Below, one piece after another: positions 36,028-44,760 of a stretch of DNA of 45,625 nt (position 1 is its first letter; every line of letters starts with the position of its first letter). The notes under the pieces are model-generated. The model was given only the letters and a program-made list of their open reading frames with translations. It did not search any database and was not told the DNA's origin. Location of the stretch: assembly GCA_027492775.1 (NCBI GenBank), contig JAPUEC010000189.1:1-45625 (forward strand), read 5' to 3'. Made by a program: the position numbers and the translations under genes. The DNA is from Rhodocyclaceae bacterium (GTDB taxonomy: Bacteria > Pseudomonadota > Gammaproteobacteria > Burkholderiales > Rhodocyclaceae).

Positions 36028-36721
36028 GCCCGAGGGCCGACCAGTGCCCGAAGACCACCACGCGCTCGGCGCTCTTGCGCGCCGGGGCTTCGAACCAGGG
36101 CAGATGACCGGGCGGGGCGTTGGTGACTTCGCCCTTGGTGGCGAACTCCATGACCCCCTCCGGCGTACAAAAGCGCATGCGCGTCATGGCATTGACGATG
36201 ACCCGCAACCGCGGCCAGCCGGTGAGATCGTCCGACCAGGCGGCCGGCTCGCTGCCCCACATGTTGCGGATAAAGTCGGCGTGATCGTCGGCTTGCAGCG
36301 CCGCCTCGACTTCGCCGGCGAGCGCGCGTGCCTGTTCGGTCGTCCATTGCGGCAGGACGCCGGCGTGCACCAGGCAGTATTCGCTTTCCGTATGACAGAG
36401 CGGCCGATGGCGCAGCCAGTCCAGCAACTCGTCGCGGTCGGGGGCGTCGAGGATGGGCTGGATGGTGTCGTCGCTGCCCTTTTTGCGTGCGGCGCCGAAA
36501 GCGACCATGAGCAGGTAGAGGTCATGGTTGCCGAGGACAGTGATGGCGGCATCGCCCAGGTCGCGCACATAGCGCAAGGTTTCCAGCGATTGCGGTCCGC
36601 GATTGACGAGATCGCCGACCAGCCAGAGGCGATCCTTGGCAGGATCGAAACTGCAGGCGCCGAGCAGGCGCTTGAACGAGCCGAAGCAGCCCTGGATGTC
36701 GCCGATGGCGTAGGTGGCCAT
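35897..36721 (-). CDS. apaH: Bis(5'-nucleosyl)-tetraphosphatase, symmetrical
   Basis: Trimmed to the ATG at 36721. MATYAIGDIQGCFGSFKRLL...LWLVGDLVNRGPQSLETLRYV...VLGNHDLYLL are metallophosphatase motifs. Confidence 0.9.
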   Translation of the reverse strand: MATYAIGDIQGCFGSFKRLLGACSFDPAKDRLWLVGDLVNRGPQSLETLRYVRDLGDAAITVLGNHDLYLLMVAFGAARKKGSDDTIQPILDAPDRDELLDWLRHRPLCHTESEYCLVHAGVLPQWTTEQARALAGEVEAALQADDHADFIRNMWGSEPAAWSDDLTGWPRLRVIVNAMTRMRFCTPEGVMEFATKGEVTNAPPGHLPWFEAPARKSAERVVVFGHWSALGLKLLPNLLALDSGCLWGNRLTAVRLEDRRVFQVACSAQEAQPR

Positions 36722-36731
36722 GCCTACTCGC

Positions 36732-37739
36732 TCAGACCTTGTAGTACTGGCGGTACCACTCGACGAAGCGGCGGACGCCCTCCGGCACTGGCGTCGCCGG
36801 CGCGAAATCCACCCAGTCGCGCAGCGCCGCGGTGTCGGCGTAAGTGGCGGGCACGTCGCCATCCTGCAGCGGCAGGAAGTTCTTTTCGGCGGTCTTGCCC
36901 AGCGCTGTCTCGATGGCGCCGATGAAGTCGAGCAGCGGCACCGGGTCGTGGTTGCCGATGTTGAAGACGCGGAAGGGTACGTTGCTGGTGCCTGGGTCGG
37001 GCGTCTCGGCGGTGTAGGCGGGATTCGCCTCGGCGGTGCGGTCGCAGACGCGGATCACGCCTTCGACGATGTCGTCGATGTAGGTGAAATCGCGCTGCAT
37101 CTTGCCGTGGTTGAAGACGTCGATGGGCTTGCCTTCGAGGATGGCCTTGGTAAACAGGAAGAGCGCCATGTCCGGCCGGCCCCAGGGGCCATAGACGGTG
37201 AAGAAGCGCAGGCCGGTGGTCGGCAGGCCGTAGAGATGGCTGTAGGTGTGCGCCATCAACTCGTTGGCCTTCTTGGTCGCGGCATAGAGGCTGACCGGGT
37301 GGTCGACGCTGTCGTGCTCGGAGAAAGGCATGCGGGTGTTGCCGCCGTAGACACTCGAACTGCTGGCGTAGGCCAGGTGCTGCACGCCATTGTGGCGGCA
37401 GCCCTCCAGGATATTGACGAAGCCGACCAGGTTGCTATCGACGTAGGCATGCGGGTTTTGCAGCGAATAGCGGACGCCGGCCTGGGCCGCGAGGTGAATG
37501 ACGCGGTCGAATTTCTCCCTTGCGAATAACGCTTCCATGCCCGGCCGGTCGGCAACGTCCAGTTTCACGAAGCGGAAGCCGGCGTGGGGGGCGAGTCGCG
37601 CCAGACGCGCTTCCTTGAGCGTCGGGTCGTAGTAATCATTGAGATTGTCGATGCCGACGACTTGGTCGCCACGCGCAAGCAGGCGAAGGGAAGTGTGCAT
37701 GCCGATGAATCCGGCGGCACCGGTAACGAGAATTTTCAT
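36732..37739 (-). CDS. NAD-dependent nucleotide-sugar epimerase (UDP-glucuronate 4-epimerase-like)
   Basis: [46 protein letters not shown], a YAATK catalytic motif, 335 aa. Confidence 0.8.
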   Translation of the reverse strand: MKILVTGAAGFIGMHTSLRLLARGDQVVGIDNLNDYYDPTLKEARLARLAPHAGFRFVKLDVADRPGMEALFAREKFDRVIHLAAQAGVRYSLQNPHAYVDSNLVGFVNILEGCRHNGVQHLAYASSSSVYGGNTRMPFSEHDSVDHPVSLYAATKKANELMAHTYSHLYGLPTTGLRFFTVYGPWGRPDMALFLFTKAILEGKPIDVFNHGKMQRDFTYIDDIVEGVIRVCDRTAEANPAYTAETPDPGTSNVPFRVFNIGNHDPVPLLDFIGAIETALGKTAEKNFLPLQDGDVPATYADTAALRDWVDFAPATPVPEGVRRFVEWYRQYYKV

Positions 37740-37900
37740 GAGTGGCCCGGTCAGCGAAAACGGTGATTTTAGGGCATCCCGGCCAGAGCACGAAATTCCT
37801 GCTGCCCGCGCCGAGGATGGCGGCGCGATCCATGGGTGTCGGTTCGGGACCGGCGACGCTCGTATAATGGCGCTTTATAAAAACGACATGGTCGCCGCCG

Positions 37901-38854
37901 ATGCGGATCCTGATTGTCAAAACCTCTTCCCTCGGCGATGTCATCCATGCATTGCCGGTGGTCAGCGATCTGCGCCGGGAATATCCCGCCTATGCCATTG
38001 ATTGGTGCGTGGAAGAGAGCTTCGCCGCCATTCCCCGTCTGCATCCCGCGGTTGAGCGGGTGCACACCGTCGCCGTGCGGCGTTGGCGCTCACAACTCCT
38101 CTCCGCCGCGACTTGGCGGGAAATGCGCGATTTCCGGCGGCGTTTGCGAACAACGGAATACGACATCGTCCTCGATCTTCAAGGCCTCCTGAAAAGCGCC
38201 ATCATCGCCCGGCAGGCGCGCGGCCCGATCTGCGGCTATGCCGCCGAGTCGGCGCGCGAGCCGCTGGCGGCGCGCCTCTACGATCTCGGGCTGGCGATCC
38301 CCAAGGTCGGCCACGCGGTCATGCGCAACCGCTGGCTTGCCGCCGCCGCGCTGGAAATGCCGCTGGAGATGCCGCTCGATTATGGAATCGATGCCGAACC
38401 CCTGGCGGCTGATTGGCTGCCGCTGATGCCTTACGCGGTACTGCTCACCGCGACCAGCCGCGACGATAAACTCTGGCCGGAGGCCCATTGGATCGCCTTG
38501 GGCAAGGCCTTGCACGCGGCCGGGATCGCCGCCGTACTGCCGGCCGGCAGCGCCGAAGAACGTTCGCGCGCGGCCCGCATCGCCGCAGGCATCCCCAGCG
38601 CCGCCGTGGCGCCACCCCTCGACATCGCCCAAATCGCCGGTCTGCTCGCGGGCGGCATTGGCGCCATCGGCGTCGATACGGGTCTCACCCATTTGTCGGC
38701 GGCGCTGGCGCGGCCGACGGTGGCAATCTATACCGCCACCGACCCCGGTCTGACCGGGGTTCTCGGCACGGCTCCCTTCCGCAATCTTGGCGGCAAAGCG
38801 GTCGTTCCTGAAGCAATGGCGACGTTCAACGCCTTCATGACTTGCCGATCGTGA
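37901..38854 (+). CDS. waaC: ADP-heptose:LPS heptosyltransferase I
   Basis: MRILIVKTSSLGDVIHALPVVSDLRREYPAYAIDWCVEESF... It lies directly upstream of waaA. Confidence 0.85.
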   Translation: MRILIVKTSSLGDVIHALPVVSDLRREYPAYAIDWCVEESFAAIPRLHPAVERVHTVAVRRWRSQLLSAATWREMRDFRRRLRTTEYDIVLDLQGLLKSAIIARQARGPICGYAAESAREPLAARLYDLGLAIPKVGHAVMRNRWLAAAALEMPLEMPLDYGIDAEPLAADWLPLMPYAVLLTATSRDDKLWPEAHWIALGKALHAAGIAAVLPAGSAEERSRAARIAAGIPSAAVAPPLDIAQIAGLLAGGIGAIGVDTGLTHLSAALARPTVAIYTATDPGLTGVLGTAPFRNLGGKAVVPEAMATFNAFMTCRS

Positions 38855-40098
38855 TGGCGCGCCTGCTCTATCGCCTGGCGCTTTATCTTGCCAGCCCCCT
38901 GGTCTGGCTGCGTTTGTTCTGGCGCAGTCGCAAACAACCCGAGTACCTCCGTCATCTTGGCGAGCGCTGGGGCTTCCATGCCACCAAAAGCGCATTGCCG
39001 GTCATATGGGTGCATGCCGTCTCGGTCGGCGAGACCCGCGCTGCCGAACCGCTGGTGCGCGCGCTGATCGAGCGCTTTCCGGGGCACACGCTGCTGCTGA
39101 CCGGCATGACGCCCACCGGCCGCGAGGCGGCCCTGCAGGTCTATGGAAACAGCGTTTTACAAGCCTATCTGCCCTACGATTACCCCGGCGCCGTCCGGCG
39201 CTTCCTCGAGCACTTCCGGCCGCGCTGGGGCGTTCTGATGGAAACCGAAGTCTGGCCCAACCTGCTCGCGGCCTGCGCCGACCGCGGCGTTCCGGTCTTT
39301 CTCGCCAATGCCCGCCTTTCCGAACGTTCGGCGCGTGGTTATGCGCGATTCGGCGCGCTGGCGCGTCCGGCCTTCGCCGCCTTGGCCGGGGCGGCGGCAC
39401 AGGGTGAGGATGACGCTGCCCGTCTGCGGGCGCTCGGCGTCAACCCGGTTGCGGTTTGCGGCAATCTCAAATTCGACGTGCCTGTCGCCGAAGAAATGAG
39501 GGAGCAGGGCCGCCACTGGCGAACCGCCGTCGGCGCCCGCCCAGTCTGGTTGGCGGCGAGCACGCGCGAGGGGGAGGAAGCGCTCGTGCTCGATGCCCTG
39601 GCTCGCATGGAGGGAAACGCCTTGCTGGTGCTGGTGCCTCGGCATCCGCAGCGCTTCGCGGCCGTCGCCGAACTGCTGGCACAGCGCGGTTTGGCCGCGG
39701 CACGCCGCAGCGCCGGACTGCCTGGTGCAGAAACCCGGGTCTGGTTGGGCGACAGCATGGGGGAAATGACCGCCTATTACAGCCTGGCCGATGTCGCCTT
39801 CATCGGCGGCAGCCTGCTGCCACTGGGCGGTCAGAACCTGATCGAGGCCGCGGCCTGTGGCTGCCCGGTGCTGGTGGGGCCGCACACCTTCAATTTCGCC
39901 CAGGCAACCGAGGATGCGATCGCCGGCGGCGCGGCCTGCCGGGTGGAGGACGCTTGCGGGCTGGCGAGCGTGGTGACGGAACTGCTTGGGGACGAGGCTC
40001 GCCGCAAAACGATGAGCGCCGCCGCGCTGGCTTACGCAGCCGCCCATGGCGGCGCCACGGCGCGGGTCATGGATTTTATCGAAGGCCGCTTACGCTGA
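38854..40098 (+). CDS. waaA: 3-deoxy-D-manno-octulosonic acid (Kdo) transferase
   Basis: The ATG at 38854 overlaps the waaC stop (TGATG). MARLLYRLALYLASPLVWLRLFWRSRKQPEYLRHLGERWG...WVHAVSVGETRAA. Confidence 0.9.
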   Translation: MARLLYRLALYLASPLVWLRLFWRSRKQPEYLRHLGERWGFHATKSALPVIWVHAVSVGETRAAEPLVRALIERFPGHTLLLTGMTPTGREAALQVYGNSVLQAYLPYDYPGAVRRFLEHFRPRWGVLMETEVWPNLLAACADRGVPVFLANARLSERSARGYARFGALARPAFAALAGAAAQGEDDAARLRALGVNPVAVCGNLKFDVPVAEEMREQGRHWRTAVGARPVWLAASTREGEEALVLDALARMEGNALLVLVPRHPQRFAAVAELLAQRGLAAARRSAGLPGAETRVWLGDSMGEMTAYYSLADVAFIGGSLLPLGGQNLIEAAACGCPVLVGPHTFNFAQATEDAIAGGAACRVEDACGLASVVTELLGDEARRKTMSAAALAYAAAHGGATARVMDFIEGRLR

Positions 40099-40161
40099 GT
40101 TGGGACCGGTGAACGCCGGCCTTGGCTTCGGGCGGTACGGCCCCACGCTTATTACGCAGTG

Positions 40162-41481
40162 CTATTTAGCGGCTGTCGGGTCGAGCAGGGTGTTGATCTT
40201 GGCGACATCCTCATCGCCGAGGGCGCCCACTGCGGCCTTCAGACGCAACTGCGCCATCAGCGTGTCGTACTTGGCCTTGGCCAGGTCGCGCCGGGTGCTA
40301 TAGACCTGCTGTTCGGCGTTGAGCACGTCGATATTGATGCGCACGCCCACTTCATAACCCAGCCGGTTCGATTCCAGCGCCAGACGCGAAGAGGCGAGGC
40401 CGGCTTCCAGCGCCTTGATTTGCGCCACGCCATTGACGACGCCCAGGTAATACTGGCGTGCGGCGAGGACGGCGGCGCGCTTCGCGGCTTCGAGTTGCGA
40501 TTCGGCGGCGCGGCGGTTGGCCACCGCCTCGCGATCCTTGGACATGACATAGCCGCCCTGGAAGAGCGGAATATTGACCTGCACGCCGACGTTGCTGAAA
40601 TTTGTTTCCGGCAACGTGCCGATCGCCGAGAGCGTGCGCGACTTGCCGGTGGAGGCCACCAAATCGACCGTGGGCAGGTGCCCGGCGCGTTGCTTCTGCA
40701 CTTCCTTTTCGGCAATTTCGAGCGCCGCCTGCTGCACTTGAACGCTGACTGCACCGCTTTCGGCCGCGTCCACCCACTTGTCCATGGCGGCGGGCTGTGG
40801 GGGTGAAGGCGCCGCATCGGCGCGCGGCGGTGCCAGGGGGCCGGGTTCCTTGGCGATAATCGCCTGCAGGGCGCGCCGTCGCACTTCCAGTTCGCTCTCC
40901 GCCGCGATTTCCTGGGCGCTGGCGAGGTCGAAGCGCGCTTGCGCTTCATGCGTGTCGGTGATGGTGGCGGTGCCGACCTCGAAATTCTTCTTCGCCTGCT
41001 CCAATTGCTGGGAGATGGCGATCTTGTTGGCCTGAACCGCGAGCAGATTTTCCTGGGCGTAAAGGAGATCGAAATAAGCCTGGGAGGTGCGCAGGATGAG
41101 GTCTTGCCTGGCCTGAATGAAGTTCGCTTCCGCCTGCGCCGCCAACAGCTTGCCCTGGCCGTAGTTTGCCCAGTTCTGCCAGCGGAACAGCGGCTGGCTC
41201 AAAGTGACCGTGTAGCCGTTGCTGTTGTAGTTGCTGCGGTTGTTGAGGCTCCCGTTTTTGATGTCGACTTCGTTCCAGGTGCTGCTGCCGGAGGCGCCGA
41301 GGACGGGCAGCAAGCCGGCCAGTCCCTGTGGCCGTTTTTCGATGCCGGCGTCGCGCGTGGCCTTGGCCGCGGCGAAATTCGGATCATTCTCCTGGGCGGC
41401 ACGATAAATCTGCATGAGATCGGCGGCATGCAGCGACGCCGAGACGAAAAGAGTCGACAAGAGCCAGGCGGTTTTTTTCAT
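40162..41481 (-). CDS. tolC: TolC-family outer-membrane channel
   Basis: 439 aa. Signal peptide MKKTAWLLSTLFVSASLHA, then ADLMQIYRAAQENDPNFAAAKA and the duplicated OEP repeats. Confidence 0.9.
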   Translation of the reverse strand: MKKTAWLLSTLFVSASLHAADLMQIYRAAQENDPNFAAAKATRDAGIEKRPQGLAGLLPVLGASGSSTWNEVDIKNGSLNNRSNYNSNGYTVTLSQPLFRWQNWANYGQGKLLAAQAEANFIQARQDLILRTSQAYFDLLYAQENLLAVQANKIAISQQLEQAKKNFEVGTATITDTHEAQARFDLASAQEIAAESELEVRRRALQAIIAKEPGPLAPPRADAAPSPPQPAAMDKWVDAAESGAVSVQVQQAALEIAEKEVQKQRAGHLPTVDLVASTGKSRTLSAIGTLPETNFSNVGVQVNIPLFQGGYVMSKDREAVANRRAAESQLEAAKRAAVLAARQYYLGVVNGVAQIKALEAGLASSRLALESNRLGYEVGVRINIDVLNAEQQVYSTRRDLAKAKYDTLMAQLRLKAAVGALGDEDVAKINTLLDPTAAK

Positions 41482-41490
41482 TTTTTTTCC

Positions 41491-41814
41491 TCAATATCGA
41501 CGCATGGAAGGATCGACCGCATTCGACCAGGCATCGATGCCACCCGCCAGATTACGCACGGCGGTAAAACCGGAATGTTCAAGATACAGGGCGACCTGCT
41601 GGCTGCGCACGCCGTGATGGCAAACGACGACGGTTTCAGCCTGCGGGTCAAGTTCGGCGATGCGATCCGGGATGGTCCGCATCGGAATCTGCAGGCTGTC
41701 AGGCAGATGGCAGAGCTCGAATTCCCAATCTTCGCGCACATCGAGCACGACCGGGCGGGCGCGATTCGCATCGGCCAGCCAGTCGGAGAGTTCGTGGGCG
41801 AAAATCTGCTGCAT
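41491..41814 (-). CDS. Single-domain rhodanese (sulfurtransferase-like)
   Basis: 107 aa. VVLDVREDWEFELCHLPDSLQIP... and the active-site loop VVVCHHGVRS. Confidence 0.85.
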   Translation of the reverse strand: MQQIFAHELSDWLADANRARPVVLDVREDWEFELCHLPDSLQIPMRTIPDRIAELDPQAETVVVCHHGVRSQQVALYLEHSGFTAVRNLAGGIDAWSNAVDPSMRRY

Positions 41815-41816
41815 GG

Positions 41817-42470
41817 TCAGAATCGGAAAGCGTTGACGGGCGCCAGGCCATCAAGCGCCGGGATCACCGTCTCGAACAGATTCACCGTGCTATAGACGCC
41901 TTCGGCGGTGCAGGTCGTCAACTGCGCCGTCATCGCCGGCGCTTCGCCGACCACGGCGGCCAGCCGCCCGCCGACATTGAGTTGCGCCAGGATTTCATTC
42001 GGCAATCGCGGCACGGACCCGGAGAGCACGATCACGTCGTAAGGCGCGCCGCGGGACCAGCCTTGAGCGCCGTTGGCGGTTTCCACGGCGACATTGTCGA
42101 TACCGGCGTGCGCCAGGTTCAGCCGCGCGATTTCCGCCAATTCGGGCACCATTTCCAGCGTCGTGACCTGTTGCGCACGGGCGCCGAGGAGCGCTGCCAG
42201 GTAGCCGCTGCCGGTGCCGATTTCCAGCACCCGGTCGGGTTTGCGCACGGCAAGTTCCTGCAGCAGGCGGGCCTCGATTTTGGGCGCGAGCATCACCTGA
42301 CCGTGACCAATGGGGATTTCCATGTCGGCGAAGGCGAGCGATTTGTAAGTCGGCGGCGTGAAGTCCTCGCGCTTGACCACGAACAAGAGATCGAGCACTT
42401 GCTGATCCAGCACGTCCCAGGGTCGGATTTGCTGCTCGATCATGTTGAAGCGGGCTTGTTCGACGTTCAT
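41817..42470 (-). CDS. pcm: Protein-L-isoaspartate O-methyltransferase-family protein
   Basis: 217 aa. SAM motif VLEIGTGSGYLAALLG. The pcm-rhodanese-tolC arrangement is a known conserved neighbourhood. Confidence 0.8.
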   Translation of the reverse strand: MNVEQARFNMIEQQIRPWDVLDQQVLDLLFVVKREDFTPPTYKSLAFADMEIPIGHGQVMLAPKIEARLLQELAVRKPDRVLEIGTGSGYLAALLGARAQQVTTLEMVPELAEIARLNLAHAGIDNVAVETANGAQGWSRGAPYDVIVLSGSVPRLPNEILAQLNVGGRLAAVVGEAPAMTAQLTTCTAEGVYSTVNLFETVIPALDGLAPVNAFRF

Positions 42471-42530
42471 TGCTATCTCCGGATATACATTAGCATACGC
42501 TAATAATCGTTTGCACAGTAAGGCGGTAGT

Positions 42531-43163
42531 TTACCTCGCCATCAGTCCTTCGCGCAGCACCTCGAGATGGGTGCGCATGATTGCCTCGGGATCGCGCGCG
42601 CGTCTGATTTCGCAATGGACGATGGAATGCTGCCAGATGGCGAGTGTAAACAGCGGGCCGAGCGCCACATCAATGCAGCTTTCCACGTCGACGCTGCGGA
42701 ATTCCCCGCTTTTCATGCCACGTTCGAGCGCGCTGCCGATCATGGCGCGCCCGCGCTGAATGACATTCTCGTAATAGAAGCGGGCGACCTCGGGGAAGTT
42801 CCGGGATTCGCAGACGATGAGCTTGGGAATGCCGGAAAGACGGGGGTCGCCGCCAAGGTTGTCCCAGCAGCCGCGCAGGATTGCGGCGAGCAGATCGAAA
42901 CTGCCGCCGCTGTAGTTCGCCACTCTCGATTCGGCTTCGTCCATGAGCGGCAGGATGCCTTCGCGAATGACCGCCTTGAACAGCGCGTCCTTGCTGTCGA
43001 AGTAAAGATAGAGCGTGCCCTTGGAGACACCCGCCCGTGCTGCGATATCCTCGAGCCGGGTTGCGGCAAAGCCTTTTTCGACGAAAAGCTCGAGCGCCGC
43101 CGCCGCCAGTTCGGAGGGGCGCGCTTCCTTGCGACGTTTGCGGAGGAGGGTAGGCAACGACAT
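42531..43163 (-). CDS. TetR-family transcriptional regulator
   Basis: 210 aa. The N-terminal HTH region reads AAAALELFVEKGFAATRLEDIAARAGVSKGTLYLYFDSKDALF. Confidence 0.9.
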   Translation of the reverse strand: MSLPTLLRKRRKEARPSELAAAALELFVEKGFAATRLEDIAARAGVSKGTLYLYFDSKDALFKAVIREGILPLMDEAESRVANYSGGSFDLLAAILRGCWDNLGGDPRLSGIPKLIVCESRNFPEVARFYYENVIQRGRAMIGSALERGMKSGEFRSVDVESCIDVALGPLFTLAIWQHSIVHCEIRRARDPEAIMRTHLEVLREGLMAR

Positions 43164-43167
43164 GATA

Positions 43168-43191
43168 GTTAATGACTAATCGGTCATTAAC
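43168..43191. promoter_or_regulatory. Perfect inverted repeat, candidate TetR auto-operator
   Basis: GTTAATGAC-taatcg-GTCATTAAC: 9-bp perfect arms with a 6-nt spacer, 5-28 nt upstream of the TetR start codon (43163, minus strand). Confidence 0.55.
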
Positions 43192-43214
43192 TTACCATCG
43201 CAACTATGCCAGGG

Positions 43215-44498
43215 TCAACGACCTTCCTTGATCAGGCGATTGGCACTCGGCTGGGTCGGCCGTGCATTATTGGGATAAAGGCGCGAGAAAATGGCGATCT
43301 GCTCGGCGGAAACCGGCACCGGTTGCTTCATCACCAGCCAAAGTACGCCCTCGGTGCAGGGCGGCGTCGTGAGCGAACCCATATAGGTGTAATAGCTGCG
43401 GCTCACGGGCAGGAAGGCGCCGAGGTCGATGCTGGCGGCGGGCGGGGTGACGGGCAGATTTTTTTCCAGCGGCAGGTAATTCCACAAGGTTTGCACCAAC
43501 GGGTTCTCCGCGCCCTTTTCCATCAGCACGGCCACCACCGCCAGGCGGCCGTCGTCCGATTTGTGCACCAGGTGCGCCACCATGTCGAAGGCCTTGCCGT
43601 CGATTTTCTCTTCCGCCGGCCGGTGGAAGTGCATTTGCACCAGGTCGTAGGTCTTGCCGGTGACGGTGATGCTGCCGCTGCCGGTCACCGCCTCGACCGT
43701 GTGGCCGTTATCGACCACCCGGAAGGTCGAGGGGCGGTAATCGAACTTGATCGGTTCAAGGTCCACCTTGATGCCATTTTGAATGTCGATGGGGGATTGG
43801 CGTTCGCCCGTCGCGCAGCCGGCATAGCGCGGATTGAGCTTATGCCAGTTCTCGGGGCCGCCCTCGCCGGCATAGGACCAATGCGCTTCGCCATGGGCCG
43901 TGGGCGCGGAGGCAGGCGCCGAGGTGTGTGCCTGGCGGTTCTTGCGGCGAACCGTTACGGTAGGTTCGGGCGCTGCAGCTTCACCGGCGCTGCTCGTGCG
44001 GACGATGCGTGCCTTGGCCTGTTCGCGCTGGATCATGGCCTCGTTCGCGGCGCGCAGCTTGGCGGCGGCGGCGTGGACCTTGTCGGCGACTTCGACCGCG
44101 GCGGCGCGGCCGGTGGGGCGGCAGACCTCACGCAATACTTTGTCGTCGAGCGTGCCGCTACGGACTGGCAGGTTGCTGCCGCGAATCTCCTGTTCGCGCA
44201 GGGGGGTATCTTCGTCCTTCTTGTAAATGCGCTTGAGGGTGGCCGCGTTGCGGCTGGCGCAGTCGTAACGCGTCAGCGCCTCGATGACCCGGTAGGGGCT
44301 GCCGGACTGAATGTCGGTGATCGATTTTTCCAGGACGATCCGCCCGCGCGCCACCACCTTGCCGTCGTCCTCGCGCTTGATGCCGCTGCGGTCGAGCTCG
44401 ATACGCTTGCCCGGCTCGGCGGAAATGAGCTGCCACACCGGTGCGGCCTGCGCCAGCAGGGGAAGTGCCGCGATAGCGGCCAGGAAAATCCGGCGCAT
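43215..44498 (-). CDS. Alpha-class carbonic anhydrase with an extra N-terminal domain of about 190 aa
   Basis: Trimmed to the ATG at 44498 (MRRIFLAAIAALPLLAQA is a signal peptide; AGAGGGA upstream). The CA core contains HWSYAGEGGPENWHKL, GERQSPIDI, QMHFHRPAEEKIDGKAFDMVAHLVH and YTYMGSLTTPPCTEGVLW. Confidence 0.85.
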   Translation of the reverse strand: MRRIFLAAIAALPLLAQAAPVWQLISAEPGKRIELDRSGIKREDDGKVVARGRIVLEKSITDIQSGSPYRVIEALTRYDCASRNAATLKRIYKKDEDTPLREQEIRGSNLPVRSGTLDDKVLREVCRPTGRAAAVEVADKVHAAAAKLRAANEAMIQREQAKARIVRTSSAGEAAAPEPTVTVRRKNRQAHTSAPASAPTAHGEAHWSYAGEGGPENWHKLNPRYAGCATGERQSPIDIQNGIKVDLEPIKFDYRPSTFRVVDNGHTVEAVTGSGSITVTGKTYDLVQMHFHRPAEEKIDGKAFDMVAHLVHKSDDGRLAVVAVLMEKGAENPLVQTLWNYLPLEKNLPVTPPAASIDLGAFLPVSRSYYTYMGSLTTPPCTEGVLWLVMKQPVPVSAEQIAIFSRLYPNNARPTQPSANRLIKEGR

Positions 44499-44611
44499 GG
44501 TATCCCTCTCACTCTTTTTTCTGTTGGGTAACAGTATATTTCGGCTGATCGACCGAAATCTTGAGTCGCGCGCGTTTCTTGCAATTGAACCACCTTTCCA
44601 GTAACGTTGGG

Positions 44612-44760
44612 CGATCGTTAGGGGTGCCGCCATGTCACGGAACATGCGGCTGAGAATTCACCCTCCGAACCTGTACGGGTCATGCCGGCGTAGGGAAACG
44701 AACTCGCTTCCCTCCTTGCACGTCCAATCCCCCGGCGACCTATTTCCCGCAAGGAGCATC
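44612..44760 (+). promoter_or_regulatory. TPP (THI-box) riboswitch with expression platform, controlling thiC
   Basis: GGGGTGCC (44621-44628), then a hairpin, CTGAGA (44650-44655), and ACCTGTACGGGTCATGCCGGCGTAGGGAA (44669-44697). This matches the THI-box core. It lies directly upstream of thiC. Confidence 0.9.

Noticed and set aside
43206-44531. Plus-strand 441-aa ORF opposite the carbonic anhydrase gene, and the minus-strand ORF 25512-26162 opposite rpoH
   Set aside because: These are shadow ORFs. The opposite strands encode proteins with unmistakable alpha-CA and sigma-32 motifs.
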